From the sequence record NC_091964.1: DNA of 64,000 bases; one strand, given 5' to 3'. Positions 19,236 to 29,684 of the stretch are shown piece by piece. A model generated the notes under the pieces. That model saw only the letters and a list, made by a program, of their open reading frames with translations, did not search any database and was not told where the DNA came from. Within the stretch, counting starts at the first letter, position 1. Each line of letters starts with the position of its first letter. Made by a program: the position numbers and the translations under genes.

Positions 19236-19759
19236 GGCCTATCGCTTACGATATTACGCCTCAGGGTTTCCGTGTTCCGTTATATGACGACAAGCGTCGC
19301 GGCGACGGTCCGGATAGCCTTGTGGTTGAGTCCTGCGCTTTGCTGGCATCGGACCCATCTGGCTTTACGCACAGCTGGGATTTCCAACGCAAGATCATTA
19401 ACCGTGGTCTTGACCTGTTTGGGGATTTCCATCAGTTCCTCAAAGCGCAGGATATGCACGGTAATTTAACTGTGCATCAACGAGGGTTCCTGGAAGATAC
19501 GGTACAGTTTATTCGTACCGGTAAACGCTCTATGTCCATTGAGACACGTATCATGTGCCTTATGGCGGAGATGGGTCACAAGCACCCAACTATCTTCACC
19601 CCTAACCGTTCAACTCGTTCACTGGTCGATATGCTGGGCCTTCCGAGCGAAGATTACATGTACCATTGGATTGGCCACGCGCGTGGTTTTACCGATATGG
19701 TATGTACATTAAACGTTATTTTTGGTAGTACCCAGAAAAACGTTGCCGGTATCAAATAA
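19232..19759 (+). CDS. Probable head protein, 175 aa (phiKZ gp92-like position)
   Basis: ATGA overlap with the previous stop; synteny only. Confidence 0.6.
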   Translation: MRPIAYDITPQGFRVPLYDDKRRGDGPDSLVVESCALLASDPSGFTHSWDFQRKIINRGLDLFGDFHQFLKAQDMHGNLTVHQRGFLEDTVQFIRTGKRSMSIETRIMCLMAEMGHKHPTIFTPNRSTRSLVDMLGLPSEDYMYHWIGHARGFTDMVCTLNVIFGSTQKNVAGIK

Positions 19760-19783
19760 CTCTCTTAGCTAAGGGGAATTGTA

Positions 19784-21193
19784 ATGAGCGTTACTAAACG
19801 TGTATTGGGCCGTGCGGCAGCTCCTGTCCGCAACGTCTCTCTTGAGAACTATGAAGATGGCATTTCGCCGGAAGATATGGCTCAGGCTCAACAGCTTCAG
19901 ATCGAACAGAACGAAGCACTGGAAGAACTGGAGCAGATCGATAGCGCCCTGATGGCAGACAATGCCGAAGGCGAAGTGCTGTCTGAAGCGGTTGGTTCTT
20001 ATCCGAAAGTTGTTGAGATGATCGAACGCGACATCGAAGACAACGGCGGTATCTCCACCGAGTCTGCGAAGTATGTTAACTTCATCCTGGAACAAGCCGG
20101 TATCGCTGGCGTAGTAAGCGTGTCTGTCGAAAACATCGGCGACAACGCCCGCCGCCTGAACGAAACTCGCGTTTCGCTGGAAGGCCTGAAAGAAACTCTG
20201 CGCGCCTGGTGGGATAACCTGCTGGAATGGTTCCGCAAAATGCGTGAGAGCCTGAAAAAGTGGTGGATCAAATCTTTCTCCAGCGCCGCGACTCTGAAGT
20301 CTCGTGCTGCTAACATCGCTGATCGTGCGAAGAAAGTAACGACCTCCAACCCGAAAGAGAAAAAGCTGAGCTTCAACAACCTTCAGTCTACTCTCTTTGT
20401 GCAGGGTAAATTCCCTGGCCAGCAGCTGCCTGCGGCGCTGAAAACCATGTCTGATGTCGGCTCGTCCCTGTTCGGTGACTGGCAGGCGGAAGGTATCAAG
20501 TCTGCCGAAGGCATTCTGGACGTTGTTGGTTCTGCCAACATGGACGAGAACGGTATCGAAGCATTCGCGACCGCTCTTCAGGCCAAGATCCAGGAAAGCG
20601 TAAGCTTCAAACCGGCCGGTTTCACCAACGTAAGCGGCGGGGATATCCCGGACGACTACGCTCAGAACAACGACAGCCGTTATACGGTTAGCCGTACTCC
20701 TGAGCTGCCGGGTCAGCGTGCGATCTACCTGAAACAGCTGACTGGTAACATGAACCAGGGTGGCGGTGCTGAAGGCGGTATCGGTAAACTGACCAACAGC
20801 GTTGACTGGCTGACGAACCGTGTGTTCAAGCTGGACAACTTCACGAAGAAAGCGAAAGAAGATTCTGATACTCAGATCGATACCCTGACGCCGACTTCTA
20901 TCATCGAAATCTGCGGTGAAATTGAAACCTTCGCGACCATCGTCGAAAACTACCAGCGCAACTTCAAAGCGCAGGAGAAAGCGAACGAAGACATCGCCAA
21001 GTTCAAGAAAATCGCTGACCAGGTGCCGGACGATAACAACCGCGACGTTGTTACTGCTCAGAACCTCGTTAAGAAGATTCCGAAGGCGCTGAACGAAATG
21101 ATCAACGAGCCGGTAACCCAGTTCGGTAGTCACTTCTTCAAAGTTTCTCAGTCCGCGCTGCGCGTCTGCGAACGTTCCCTGGCCCAGTACTAA
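19784..21193 (+). CDS. Inner-body/head ejection protein, paralog 1 (phiKZ gp93-family-like)
   Basis: Acidic propeptide with VSLE, ISTE, VSVE, VSLE sites, then EGLKETLRAWW...; very strong codon bias. Confidence 0.8.
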   Translation: MSVTKRVLGRAAAPVRNVSLENYEDGISPEDMAQAQQLQIEQNEALEELEQIDSALMADNAEGEVLSEAVGSYPKVVEMIERDIEDNGGISTESAKYVNFILEQAGIAGVVSVSVENIGDNARRLNETRVSLEGLKETLRAWWDNLLEWFRKMRESLKKWWIKSFSSAATLKSRAANIADRAKKVTTSNPKEKKLSFNNLQSTLFVQGKFPGQQLPAALKTMSDVGSSLFGDWQAEGIKSAEGILDVVGSANMDENGIEAFATALQAKIQESVSFKPAGFTNVSGGDIPDDYAQNNDSRYTVSRTPELPGQRAIYLKQLTGNMNQGGGAEGGIGKLTNSVDWLTNRVFKLDNFTKKAKEDSDTQIDTLTPTSIIEICGEIETFATIVENYQRNFKAQEKANEDIAKFKKIADQVPDDNNRDVVTAQNLVKKIPKALNEMINEPVTQFGSHFFKVSQSALRVCERSLAQY

Positions 21194-21281
21194 GGTAAAT
21201 TCCTTATACTGTGAAATACTCTGTGGGGTCGGTTAAACGATACGACCGCCCCCGCTAATCATTTGATTTTGGAGATAAACA

Positions 21282-22613
21282 ATGAGTATCACTCGTCGTG
21301 TACTTGGTACTAACGTTTCCGCCCCTTCTTTCGAAGCGATGGACGTTTCCCTGGAAGAAGAAGTAATCGCAGCTGGCGAAGCGCAAGATGAGCTGAACAA
21401 CGCGGAAGCGGAGTCTGGCGAAATTGAGCGTCTGCAAGACGTTGCTGATCAGACTGCGCAGTCTGTCGATTATATCGAAACCCAGATCAACTCCCCGGAA
21501 AACAGCGAAGGCGCAACTCAGAACGAAGTTGCTCTGGCTGAGCAGGTTGCTAACCTGGCCACCGTCGGCACCGGCGAAGACGCTGACACTGTCATGCCGT
21601 CTTCTGAATCTTTCGTTGGCTCGCAGATCTCCTGTGAAGGCCTGAAAGAAACCATCCGTGGTATCATCCGCGCCGTTATCGACGCGATCAAAAAGCTGTG
21701 GGTCCGCCTGAAAAAATTCTGGCGTTCTACCATGAGCCGTCTGAGCTCCCTGAAAAAATCTGCTCAGGAACTTAAAGAGCGCGCCAACAAAACCACCGGC
21801 ACCGCGAAAGAGAAGAAAATCAAAGTCTCTGGTAGCATCGCTGGCCTGCTGGCCGTTGACGGTTCCGTGCAGAAAGAGTACGGTCAGATCACCTCTGGTC
21901 TGAAAGACTTCGATAAGCGTATCACCGAAGCTGGTCAGTGGTCTGCTAAGATCGCAGAAGTGGGCGAAGGCATTGCCGACGCTATCAGCGATCTGGACGC
22001 GTCCAAAGCTGCTGCTGAAGAAGCTGCGTTCACCGGTAAGTTCATCTCCAAAGTCGCTGGTCTGAAAGGCGTCTTCGGTGGCATGACCAAAACTACCGAT
22101 AAGCGTTTCGCTGACGACAAAGTCGAAGTCTCTTCTACCAAAACCCTGCTGGGTGAGAAGAAACTGTTCAGCCGTGCTCGCTCTGGTGGTTCCGACAAAG
22201 CGTCTAACTCTCGTCAGATCTCTTCTTCCCGCGTATGGCTGGATGCGTCTTCTGACAAAGTGAAAGATCACAGCGAAACCGAAATCAGCACCATCAGCCC
22301 GTCCAACGTGGCAGATCTGGCTGACGACGTAATCAACCTGTGCGACGCGATGGCGTACTACGGCGAAGGCAAAGGCCTGGATAAAGTCGAAAAAGCTTCT
22401 GGTAAAGTTGAGAAGGCGCTGGAGAAACTGAACCGCGCTAACGATACCGACGAAGCGAAAGGCGAAGACGCTGCTGCGCTGCGCCGCATGGTTGCTCTGG
22501 GCCACGCGTTCAGCGACTGGGCTCGTAACCCGACTGCATCCCTGGTTAACCACGTCTGCACCGTTAGCCGTGCTGTCCTGACCGTTGGTACTAAGTCTCT
22601 GGCTCAGTTCTAA
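21282..22613 (+). CDS. Inner-body/head ejection protein, paralog 2
   Basis: PSFE, VSLE, PSSE, ISCE sites then EGLKETIRG...; aligns by eye with paralog 1 (KEKKLSF vs KEKKIKV; C-terminal KSLAQF vs RSLAQY). Confidence 0.8.
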   Translation: MSITRRVLGTNVSAPSFEAMDVSLEEEVIAAGEAQDELNNAEAESGEIERLQDVADQTAQSVDYIETQINSPENSEGATQNEVALAEQVANLATVGTGEDADTVMPSSESFVGSQISCEGLKETIRGIIRAVIDAIKKLWVRLKKFWRSTMSRLSSLKKSAQELKERANKTTGTAKEKKIKVSGSIAGLLAVDGSVQKEYGQITSGLKDFDKRITEAGQWSAKIAEVGEGIADAISDLDASKAAAEEAAFTGKFISKVAGLKGVFGGMTKTTDKRFADDKVEVSSTKTLLGEKKLFSRARSGGSDKASNSRQISSSRVWLDASSDKVKDHSETEISTISPSNVADLADDVINLCDAMAYYGEGKGLDKVEKASGKVEKALEKLNRANDTDEAKGEDAAALRRMVALGHAFSDWARNPTASLVNHVCTVSRAVLTVGTKSLAQF

Positions 22614-22637
22614 TCTGTCCGGCCTGCTGGCGAAGAG

Positions 22638-22668
22638 AAACAGGGCCTTCGGGCCCTGTTTTTTTTTT
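22638..22668 (+). terminator. Intrinsic terminator
   Basis: AAACAGGGCC-TTCG-GGCCCTGTTT plus T tract. Confidence 0.85.
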
Positions 22669-22735
22669 GTTTCATTTTTAATAGAAGGGAATCATCATTT
22701 GTAAGACAATGAACACTTAACGTTAAGGAAATGTA

Positions 22736-23758
22736 ATGAACAAGATGCTTACTGTATTCAACGATAAAGGAAACTTCTGTGGCAATCTGGAAGTTGCGGA
22801 AGCTGCTGACATCTCCGTTATCAAATCTGTACTGGCGCCGCACCGCGTAGAAGAAACTGCGCACAGCGAAACATCAGTGTTTACCGTTAAGCCGATGCTG
22901 GGTATGTCGGTTAACGAAGAAGGTTTTCTTTCTCTGATCAAAGTCACTCTGCGTAACAACGGCCTGCTGCTGTCCGATGGTGTTCTGGAAACCGGTTACG
23001 GTGCATTCACCCTCACCGCAGAGTTCTCACCTGAAGGCGACGGTTACGAAAGTTCCCTGACCATTCGTCGCGCTGACAACAACGCTACTATTCTCACCCT
23101 GGGCCTGGATTATAACTCGGCTATCCGCGGTGTTGATAAACTGGCGTGTGTAGCCGATGACGTTAACTCGCTGGTCGAAGCAAGTCAGGCACTGTCCTCT
23201 CTCATCTCTCAGGGTACTGAGTTCATTGTAGAGAAACTGCGTGAGAAGCAAGAAGAGTGGTCCGGTATCGAACCTGCTGCCCCTGAGCAACCGGTACAAC
23301 CTGTTAAACAACAGCCGCTGCCGGATGATAGTCTGGGCAAACGTATTGAACGCGTCCGCGCTCCGCAGCCGGAGCCTGTACAGAAGCACGAAGTACGTGC
23401 TATCGTAGATAATGCTGTCCAACAAGCGAAAACGCAGCAGGCGCCGTCCAGTGAAGTTCTCGGCCTGCTTCCGGTATACCCGGCAGATCGTAGTACGCCA
23501 GTCTGGGTACTTATCCAGATGACCGGTGAAGATCACGAACAGTTTGTTGCGGAAGGCGTAGTAACTACCCTCATGCAGAAACTGGAAGGGGCTGCGATCA
23601 ACGCTAACGGCGTACTGACCTTCAATAGCTCTAAAGGCTATCTGATGAAAGTCCGCGAGTCTATGCAGGATCACGGTATCATTCCTATCTCTGTTACTCC
23701 GCGTGAGCCTAACAGCGTAGACGAGTCTGAAGAAAACCGTCTGGTTCGCCTGATTTAA
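22736..23758 (+). CDS. Hypothetical two-domain protein with Pro/Gln-rich linker, 340 aa
   Basis: RBS AAGGA; monocistronic between terminators; biased codons. Confidence 0.8.
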   Translation: MNKMLTVFNDKGNFCGNLEVAEAADISVIKSVLAPHRVEETAHSETSVFTVKPMLGMSVNEEGFLSLIKVTLRNNGLLLSDGVLETGYGAFTLTAEFSPEGDGYESSLTIRRADNNATILTLGLDYNSAIRGVDKLACVADDVNSLVEASQALSSLISQGTEFIVEKLREKQEEWSGIEPAAPEQPVQPVKQQPLPDDSLGKRIERVRAPQPEPVQKHEVRAIVDNAVQQAKTQQAPSSEVLGLLPVYPADRSTPVWVLIQMTGEDHEQFVAEGVVTTLMQKLEGAAINANGVLTFNSSKGYLMKVRESMQDHGIIPISVTPREPNSVDESEENRLVRLI

Positions 23759-23770
23759 TAACGTCTCGAC

Positions 23771-23803
23771 AGAGCCCTTCTCCGAAAGGAGAAGGGCTCT
23801 TTC
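23771..23803 (+). terminator. Terminator hairpin
   Basis: AGAGCCCTTCTCC-GAAA-GGAGAAGGGCTCT, followed directly by TATG (23804-23807). Confidence 0.75.
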
Positions 23804-23838
23804 TATGACTTCAACGAATTCAGACTAGGGAGTGAGAT

Positions 23839-25392
23839 ATGCCTGAACTTTCTTACCCCGTTCCAGATGTCTACCAGATGATAACTCGACCGGTTATCGT
23901 GTCTGTTGTAAAACAGATTATGGAAGGGACGGGTATCAGCGAAGATGCTTTTATCGAATATAAAGGCGAGCAAGGTCAAGTTCCTACCTGGCGTTCTTTC
24001 CTCGACCATAAGAACCCCAACGGTACTAGCTTCAATACGAAGACCCCTTTTATCGAGAAGGTTCAGGTAGAAGTAGAAGAAAACATCTTAGAAGAGTTTA
24101 TCCTTTCTACCCCCTACCATTACCCAGACAATAAAAAGGTTTGGGAAGATCGTATTCTCGGTATTACGTTATCGCCTTTCTACGAACGTTCTGAATACGT
24201 GATTAACTTTACGTACAGAACACCGAACAAAGGGACAGCTACTGAGTGGCGTACCAACATGCGTCGCCGTATGAAACTCAAGTTCACTGACATGTCGATG
24301 ATTGCTCGCTATCAGATCATTATCCCTCAGCTCATTATCGTGTTCTTAAAAGAGTTCTGGGAAATGCGTGAGCGGATTGCGGGTTACGGCGATACGTGGT
24401 CAGAGTACTTCATGTCTAACCGTTTGCAGAAACTGGTTAAGCTGGTAGACCAGGCCGGTCGAAATGCAGAGATTGCTCTGGATGAAACTCAGCTGGATAT
24501 CCTGGGTAACTTTGAGTTCACTTCTGAACCGAAGGAAGAACGCTTGGACGATGGTTCTTGTTACTCGATTAACTTCTCGTACAAGTTCCGTTTCGATCAT
24601 CCGAAAGGGTTTATGTTCAAGTACCCGTTGGTTATTCACAACCAGCTGGTTCCGGCTAACCGCAGACCCGATAAACCGCATCGGTATGACCCGCATGCAA
24701 TCCTCGGCAATTCTTCGCAGTCCATGTCACGCTATGACGTTATTGTCCAGCAAGTAGGCGGACGTAAAGAGTCTGTCGTTGGCGGGCATCTGGTTCCTTG
24801 GTTCGATGATTGGTCGCCAAACAAAGGTTACCATAACTGCTCTCCGTTACTACAGCTGTTATGTCGGGTTGATCCTAACGATCCTACTGCGTTGATAGAT
24901 TTAAGGCAGCTCGAAGGTGCTGGACTAAAAATGTCCGATACTACAAGAGAGTACCTTGAATCAGAACACCGTTATTTGAACCGACACTCTATGTCCGGTA
25001 TTCACGTAGCCGTGTACATCAACGATGATCTTCTTGACTCAACGGCCTATTACGTAACGAAGGACTTAGTAGTTCGCACTCGTGAAACGATGGATATGCG
25101 CAATGTCTATCACGTCGTTATCTTTGTCCTGAACGATTTATTGGCGTTAGTACCAGAAGCGAAGAAGCGTCTTAAGTACAATCCGCCGATGTTTAAAGAA
25201 CTCGTGCATACGCTGGAACCTAGTATCAACACCGATGACATTAAGGTTCTGGCGGACAAGTACATCGCTGAGTTCGAGTTCCAGGACACGTTGGTTAAAA
25301 TACATACGAGCTCTAAGTGGTACGGGCGTAAGCATTTCTTAATGCGGCCTACTGCCCTTGGCTCGATGATTTCAAAGATCAATAAGGAGTAA
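23839..25392 (+). CDS. Virion structural protein (phiKZ gp98-like)
   Basis: 517 aa; RBS GGGAG; synteny after the gp93 family. Confidence 0.65.
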   Translation: MPELSYPVPDVYQMITRPVIVSVVKQIMEGTGISEDAFIEYKGEQGQVPTWRSFLDHKNPNGTSFNTKTPFIEKVQVEVEENILEEFILSTPYHYPDNKKVWEDRILGITLSPFYERSEYVINFTYRTPNKGTATEWRTNMRRRMKLKFTDMSMIARYQIIIPQLIIVFLKEFWEMRERIAGYGDTWSEYFMSNRLQKLVKLVDQAGRNAEIALDETQLDILGNFEFTSEPKEERLDDGSCYSINFSYKFRFDHPKGFMFKYPLVIHNQLVPANRRPDKPHRYDPHAILGNSSQSMSRYDVIVQQVGGRKESVVGGHLVPWFDDWSPNKGYHNCSPLLQLLCRVDPNDPTALIDLRQLEGAGLKMSDTTREYLESEHRYLNRHSMSGIHVAVYINDDLLDSTAYYVTKDLVVRTRETMDMRNVYHVVIFVLNDLLALVPEAKKRLKYNPPMFKELVHTLEPSINTDDIKVLADKYIAEFEFQDTLVKIHTSSKWYGRKHFLMRPTALGSMISKINKE

Positions 25393-25397
25393 TTCGA

Positions 25398-26786
25398 ATG
25401 GGGCTCTTTGATGAAGATGCGTTGCCTAATGCGCAGCGCGTTAACCCAATCCCAGAAGTACAAGAGTTCCAGACGGCTCGTGTTACTACCGAAGATCAAC
25501 CGGTAGGTACGTTACTAACGCACATTGGCGGTATGCGTTGGATTCCTCGTCTGGTGTTCTCTCAGGTAAAAGGTCGAGATGAGGAGACTGGCTCTTATCA
25601 AGGCAAGTTACGTCCGATCAACCGTCAGTATCGACTTATCCATGAGATGGAGATCAAGGTACAGACTGCTGCACCTAACACTCCGTCAATTGATAACGTC
25701 AACCAGGAAGCAACTGTTAAGGGAACTGCGCGTGTTTATCCTAACACGTTTATCCCTAACCCTGGTGATATGATTATTGGTGATACGCCAGATGGTCGTC
25801 AGGCTATTTACCAGATCTGCGATAACGTTACACCTCTGCAAATCTTCAACCGTGCTGCGTATGAATTTGAATACGTGATGTATGCGTGGTGGTCTTCTGC
25901 TTTAGAACAGGAGATGATGAAGGGTGTTGTTGCGCAGTATCACTTTGTCCGTGATAATATCGATGCGGGTATCAACCCGTTAATTGCGGATGAAGACTGG
26001 GGTATATGGCAGGAGCTTGAGCAGCTGGAGGAACAATTCCCTCAAGCGTTTATTGCTCGTTTCTTGAGCCGTGAATACAGTACGTTACTTCTCCCTGGTC
26101 AGCCAACTACTATCTACGATCCGTTCCATACGTCTTTCTGTTCAATGATGTTCCACCAACCGGGCTCAAGTCTGATGGGCGGACTCAATATCATTCCGAC
26201 AGACGACGGAAGTAACGCGACTCGTTTAACTATCCATTCGGTGTTGATCGAACTGAACAAACATCTGATGGAAAATATCCTGGTGAAGATCCCGGTTATT
26301 CCAGCAAAAACATTTATGCAAGAACCCAACCTGGGTGGCATTCGTTTCGCTGGTACAAACTACGTCGTTTACCCGGTACAGGATAGACGTCTCCTATGGT
26401 ATCCAGGAAGCTCTGTGGCGGTTAATAGCCTTACACTAACGAAAGGTATTACCGCACCAAATAAAACGCGTAGCAAGCTTTCTGCGCTGTTTCCTGACGA
26501 GTATCTGGGGGATGCTTTCAATCCTCGCCCGAAAGAGGACCAAAACTCCTATTCGCCGGTACTGGACGATGACTTCTATATCTTCTCCGAAGCATTCTAC
26601 GACCATGACGATGAAGACATGTCGAAGATGGAAATGATGCTTTGGCGGACGATCGAAGAAAACGTAGTTAACCCGAAAGATCTTCTAACTTTATTCAAGG
26701 AATCGACTACATGGCCTGTGCTGGATCAGTTCTATCTCCAGCCGTTCTTATACGCCATGTTACCAGCCGCATTCCGAGGTGTGTGA
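25398..26786 (+). CDS. Virion structural protein (phiKZ gp99-like)
   Basis: 462 aa; RBS AAGGAG; PNTFIPNPGDMII resembles neck/head-closure-type motifs; synteny. Confidence 0.62.
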   Translation: MGLFDEDALPNAQRVNPIPEVQEFQTARVTTEDQPVGTLLTHIGGMRWIPRLVFSQVKGRDEETGSYQGKLRPINRQYRLIHEMEIKVQTAAPNTPSIDNVNQEATVKGTARVYPNTFIPNPGDMIIGDTPDGRQAIYQICDNVTPLQIFNRAAYEFEYVMYAWWSSALEQEMMKGVVAQYHFVRDNIDAGINPLIADEDWGIWQELEQLEEQFPQAFIARFLSREYSTLLLPGQPTTIYDPFHTSFCSMMFHQPGSSLMGGLNIIPTDDGSNATRLTIHSVLIELNKHLMENILVKIPVIPAKTFMQEPNLGGIRFAGTNYVVYPVQDRRLLWYPGSSVAVNSLTLTKGITAPNKTRSKLSALFPDEYLGDAFNPRPKEDQNSYSPVLDDDFYIFSEAFYDHDDEDMSKMEMMLWRTIEENVVNPKDLLTLFKESTTWPVLDQFYLQPFLYAMLPAAFRGV

Positions 26787-26794
26787 GGTTACTC

Positions 26795-27385
26795 ATGGTT
26801 GATTTAACAAAAGATGCCGACCAGAAGCATCGAGCTTGGTGGAAAATCAAGAACAAACGCTTTCTGGTTTCAATCGCTTCGTATCTTATTCCTCGGGATG
26901 GGGAGTATAATACAGTAGGCGCTTTCACAACGGGGTCGCGGGCAGCTGACCAGCAACTAGCTTCTGCTAAAGAGCAAATCTGGTTACCGCTCGTAGACCT
27001 CATTAACATCTTCACGCAGTCAGGTGATTTCTCTTTCCTAAAACCGAATACTGACATCCCGGTCATTCACCAGATTCTTCAGGAACATATCGAAGACTTC
27101 ATGAAGGCCGAGGAGATGTATCGTCGTGGTTTGTATTCGGAAGATGAAGATGTGATGAACGAACGGCGAAGGGATATCCTGGAGATTGATGAGTTCGCTC
27201 GTGAGATCTACAAACGTGCTTACCGCAAAGAGCTGCCGAAAGATTCTATCTTCAAAGGCTTCGAGCGCATGCTCTCTCCGTTCGAAACAATTCGCGATCG
27301 CTCCAAAGATCCTTTACCGGTGTACGAGACAGTGGCGAACCACGTCGACTACTCAGCGCTGCGTAATAGACGAAGAGGTAGATAA
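26795..27385 (+). CDS. Hypothetical protein (phiKZ gp100-like position)
   Basis: RBS GAGGT before ATG 26795 (track start 26711 lies inside the previous gene). Confidence 0.65.
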   Translation: MVDLTKDADQKHRAWWKIKNKRFLVSIASYLIPRDGEYNTVGAFTTGSRAADQQLASAKEQIWLPLVDLINIFTQSGDFSFLKPNTDIPVIHQILQEHIEDFMKAEEMYRRGLYSEDEDVMNERRRDILEIDEFAREIYKRAYRKELPKDSIFKGFERMLSPFETIRDRSKDPLPVYETVANHVDYSALRNRRRGR

Positions 27386-28734
27386 TGAGAAACGCACGTC
27401 TCGAGCGTGCCGCCCAACGCGTACTGGATTCGTCCAGTACGCAGTTTGGTATTGAGGTTACGTTCATTACCCCAAACGGTAGCGTCAAAGGTCGCCGTGT
27501 ATTAGAGTTTTATAGTACAGCGGATTTCGTTTCGAAGTTCACGACTGACTTCGATATCCTGACCATGGTTTCGCTGGTCGACTATCGTTACAAGATCTAT
27601 CCTAATCGTGATAACTTGAAAGCTCTGGTCCAGTGGTTCCCGATCGATGCTTCTTCTAACAAGTACACTTCTCCTAAACCACTTTACGCCGACACTTACC
27701 GAGCTTTGTTGTTTGATAATGATGATGGCGCCACAGCAGCGGCTTCTGCTTTGTCAGCAAAGCAGGAAACAAACTCCCTGGACGAAGAACGCGTTATCAA
27801 GGTAGCGTTAGTAGAGATTGCTTCCGAATCACTGTCTTACAAAAACGCCCAGGGTACTTTCCGCTATACCGACAACCAAAACATCGTTGAAGGTTTTATC
27901 TCTTCCCAGATCGAGCAAGAGGCTCAGTTAAACCCTGCGGCTAATGTCAAGCTTGAAATGTACCCTATCGATGAAGTGGTGGAGAAAAGGGATGCGGTCA
28001 CTATACCGATTAAAACCCGCCTTGTAGACGTTCCGGAGTTTATGCAGACCAAGGAAGGGGGTTTGTATTCAAACGGCTTAGGATCGTTTATACAGCGCGA
28101 TACGTGGTGGATCTACCCTGTCTTCGATACCTCACGGTTTACAAAGACGACAAGGCGTCTGAAAATCATTCAGATGGCCGGTCCCTACGCTCCCATGGCC
28201 GAACAAAGTTGGCTCTATGAGAACGGTGAACTGACAGTTGTCTGCACGACAGCATCTAAGATGCAAGACATCTCAACCTCTGCCCAGATCAATAACGGTA
28301 CAGGTACTCGCTTTATTAAAGCAAGTGAGATGTTCAACAACACAACTGCTGGCGATCCTAACAAAGAGCACTTTAACAGCGAAGGTGTCTTGGCCGAGTT
28401 CCAGGTAGGTAAGCGCGATGACGGAAACAACATCGCCATGTTCAGTGATGTGGCTATCACCGACAACATCGTTAACGAGTATTCTAAAATCGCTTTCCGT
28501 AAAGGTCAGATCTTCATTACTATCTGGCAGCGATCTATGGCTCGTTATGTTTACCCCGGAATGCCAATGCGTTTGTATTACGATAAGGACGGTCAGACAA
28601 TGGTCTATGACGGTGTCGTGATGCAGATTGATGAGCAGTGGAAGGGCGAGTCGAAGGGTATGATTCAGAAAAACATGATTGCCACGGCTGCAATCTATTG
28701 CTTTATCAACAAAGAGGTTACTCGTAATGGTTGA
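27385..28734 (+). CDS. Virion structural protein, possible baseplate hub-like (phiKZ gp101-like)
   Basis: 449 aa, beta-rich; C-terminal VYPGMPMRLYY...YDGVV pattern; synteny. Confidence 0.6.
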   Translation: MRNARLERAAQRVLDSSSTQFGIEVTFITPNGSVKGRRVLEFYSTADFVSKFTTDFDILTMVSLVDYRYKIYPNRDNLKALVQWFPIDASSNKYTSPKPLYADTYRALLFDNDDGATAAASALSAKQETNSLDEERVIKVALVEIASESLSYKNAQGTFRYTDNQNIVEGFISSQIEQEAQLNPAANVKLEMYPIDEVVEKRDAVTIPIKTRLVDVPEFMQTKEGGLYSNGLGSFIQRDTWWIYPVFDTSRFTKTTRRLKIIQMAGPYAPMAEQSWLYENGELTVVCTTASKMQDISTSAQINNGTGTRFIKASEMFNNTTAGDPNKEHFNSEGVLAEFQVGKRDDGNNIAMFSDVAITDNIVNEYSKIAFRKGQIFITIWQRSMARYVYPGMPMRLYYDKDGQTMVYDGVVMQIDEQWKGESKGMIQKNMIATAAIYCFINKEVTRNG

Positions 28735-29620
28735 GTCTAACTACCCTGACGTTGTGAGGGTTGTTACAGCGATGTTTGCTCAGTTCGATGCGCAGACAGC
28801 CAAGTTCCCTGGTAAGCCGCTGTTCCTTAACGTCAAAGAGTACCCTGCTGTTCAAAACGCAGCGATCAGTAACAAGTCGTTAGACCAAACAGGTTACGCG
28901 ATGTCGTTACATGATGTCTATCTTGGAGCTAACCATTCTAAGATGGATCTGAATGTAAACCCGCTGCACATTGAACCGGGGGCGATGGCTAAAGAGTCCG
29001 TCTCGAAAGTGATGATCGAACTCGGTCGTCGGAAAATGTCGATCCCGCATAACGGAACCGATCTACTGTATAAGTTGTTCTTCTCGATTTATGGTCGTCG
29101 TTCTGATCTGGTAGTAACTAATATTTACCATCCAGAAACGATCGTAGCGTATATCCTCACCGGATTAGCGCCTACAACGATCTGGAACCGCGCTAAGAGC
29201 GATATGATCAGTCAGTCGCTGAACAACTACCCTGTTGCTGCAAAATTCAATGTAGCGGCTTTCAGGACGTATATGGCGAAGTTCGATGCGACGATGGATA
29301 TCAACGATATCTACATCAACAACCAGAAGTTCAAGATTAATCTGAACTCGGATAACATTAATCTGGAAGATGGTGGGATTTGGGATCGTAACTCAAGAAC
29401 GTTTGGAACTTGGTCCCCGTTCCCTCGTGATGGGGATTACCTGTACGGCGTCAACTTAGCCGGGTTTATCCTGGGTCTTTTAGACAACCAGTTGGCAGGT
29501 ACTGACCGTACTAAGTTCAAACAGCAGAACTGGGAGAAACGTATTACTTACCTCTGCCTCTCAGCTGCAATGAATGCTTATACGTACAGTTACATCATGG
29601 ATTATGTTAAGCCAGCATAA
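28727..29620 (+). CDS. Hypothetical protein, about 297 aa
   Basis: RBS AGAGG before ATG 28727; last gene of the operon. Confidence 0.7.
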   Translation: MVESNYPDVVRVVTAMFAQFDAQTAKFPGKPLFLNVKEYPAVQNAAISNKSLDQTGYAMSLHDVYLGANHSKMDLNVNPLHIEPGAMAKESVSKVMIELGRRKMSIPHNGTDLLYKLFFSIYGRRSDLVVTNIYHPETIVAYILTGLAPTTIWNRAKSDMISQSLNNYPVAAKFNVAAFRTYMAKFDATMDINDIYINNQKFKINLNSDNINLEDGGIWDRNSRTFGTWSPFPRDGDYLYGVNLAGFILGLLDNQLAGTDRTKFKQQNWEKRITYLCLSAAMNAYTYSYIMDYVKPA

Positions 29621-29622
29621 AG

Positions 29623-29682
29623 CCCCACTTGGGAGAGGCATTAGCCTCTCCCAATGGGACGAACCATGAAGTTTTTTTTTTT
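29623..29682. terminator. Hairpin between convergent genes
   Basis: TTGGGAGAGGC-ATTA-GCCTCTCCCAA, CAGCATA upstream, T11 downstream. Confidence 0.75.
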
Positions 29683-29684
29683 GC

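Noticed and set aside
19769-22553. 454-aa and 432-aa antisense ORFs over the inner-head paralogs
   Set aside because: Same codon-bias artefact; boundaries track the sense genes.
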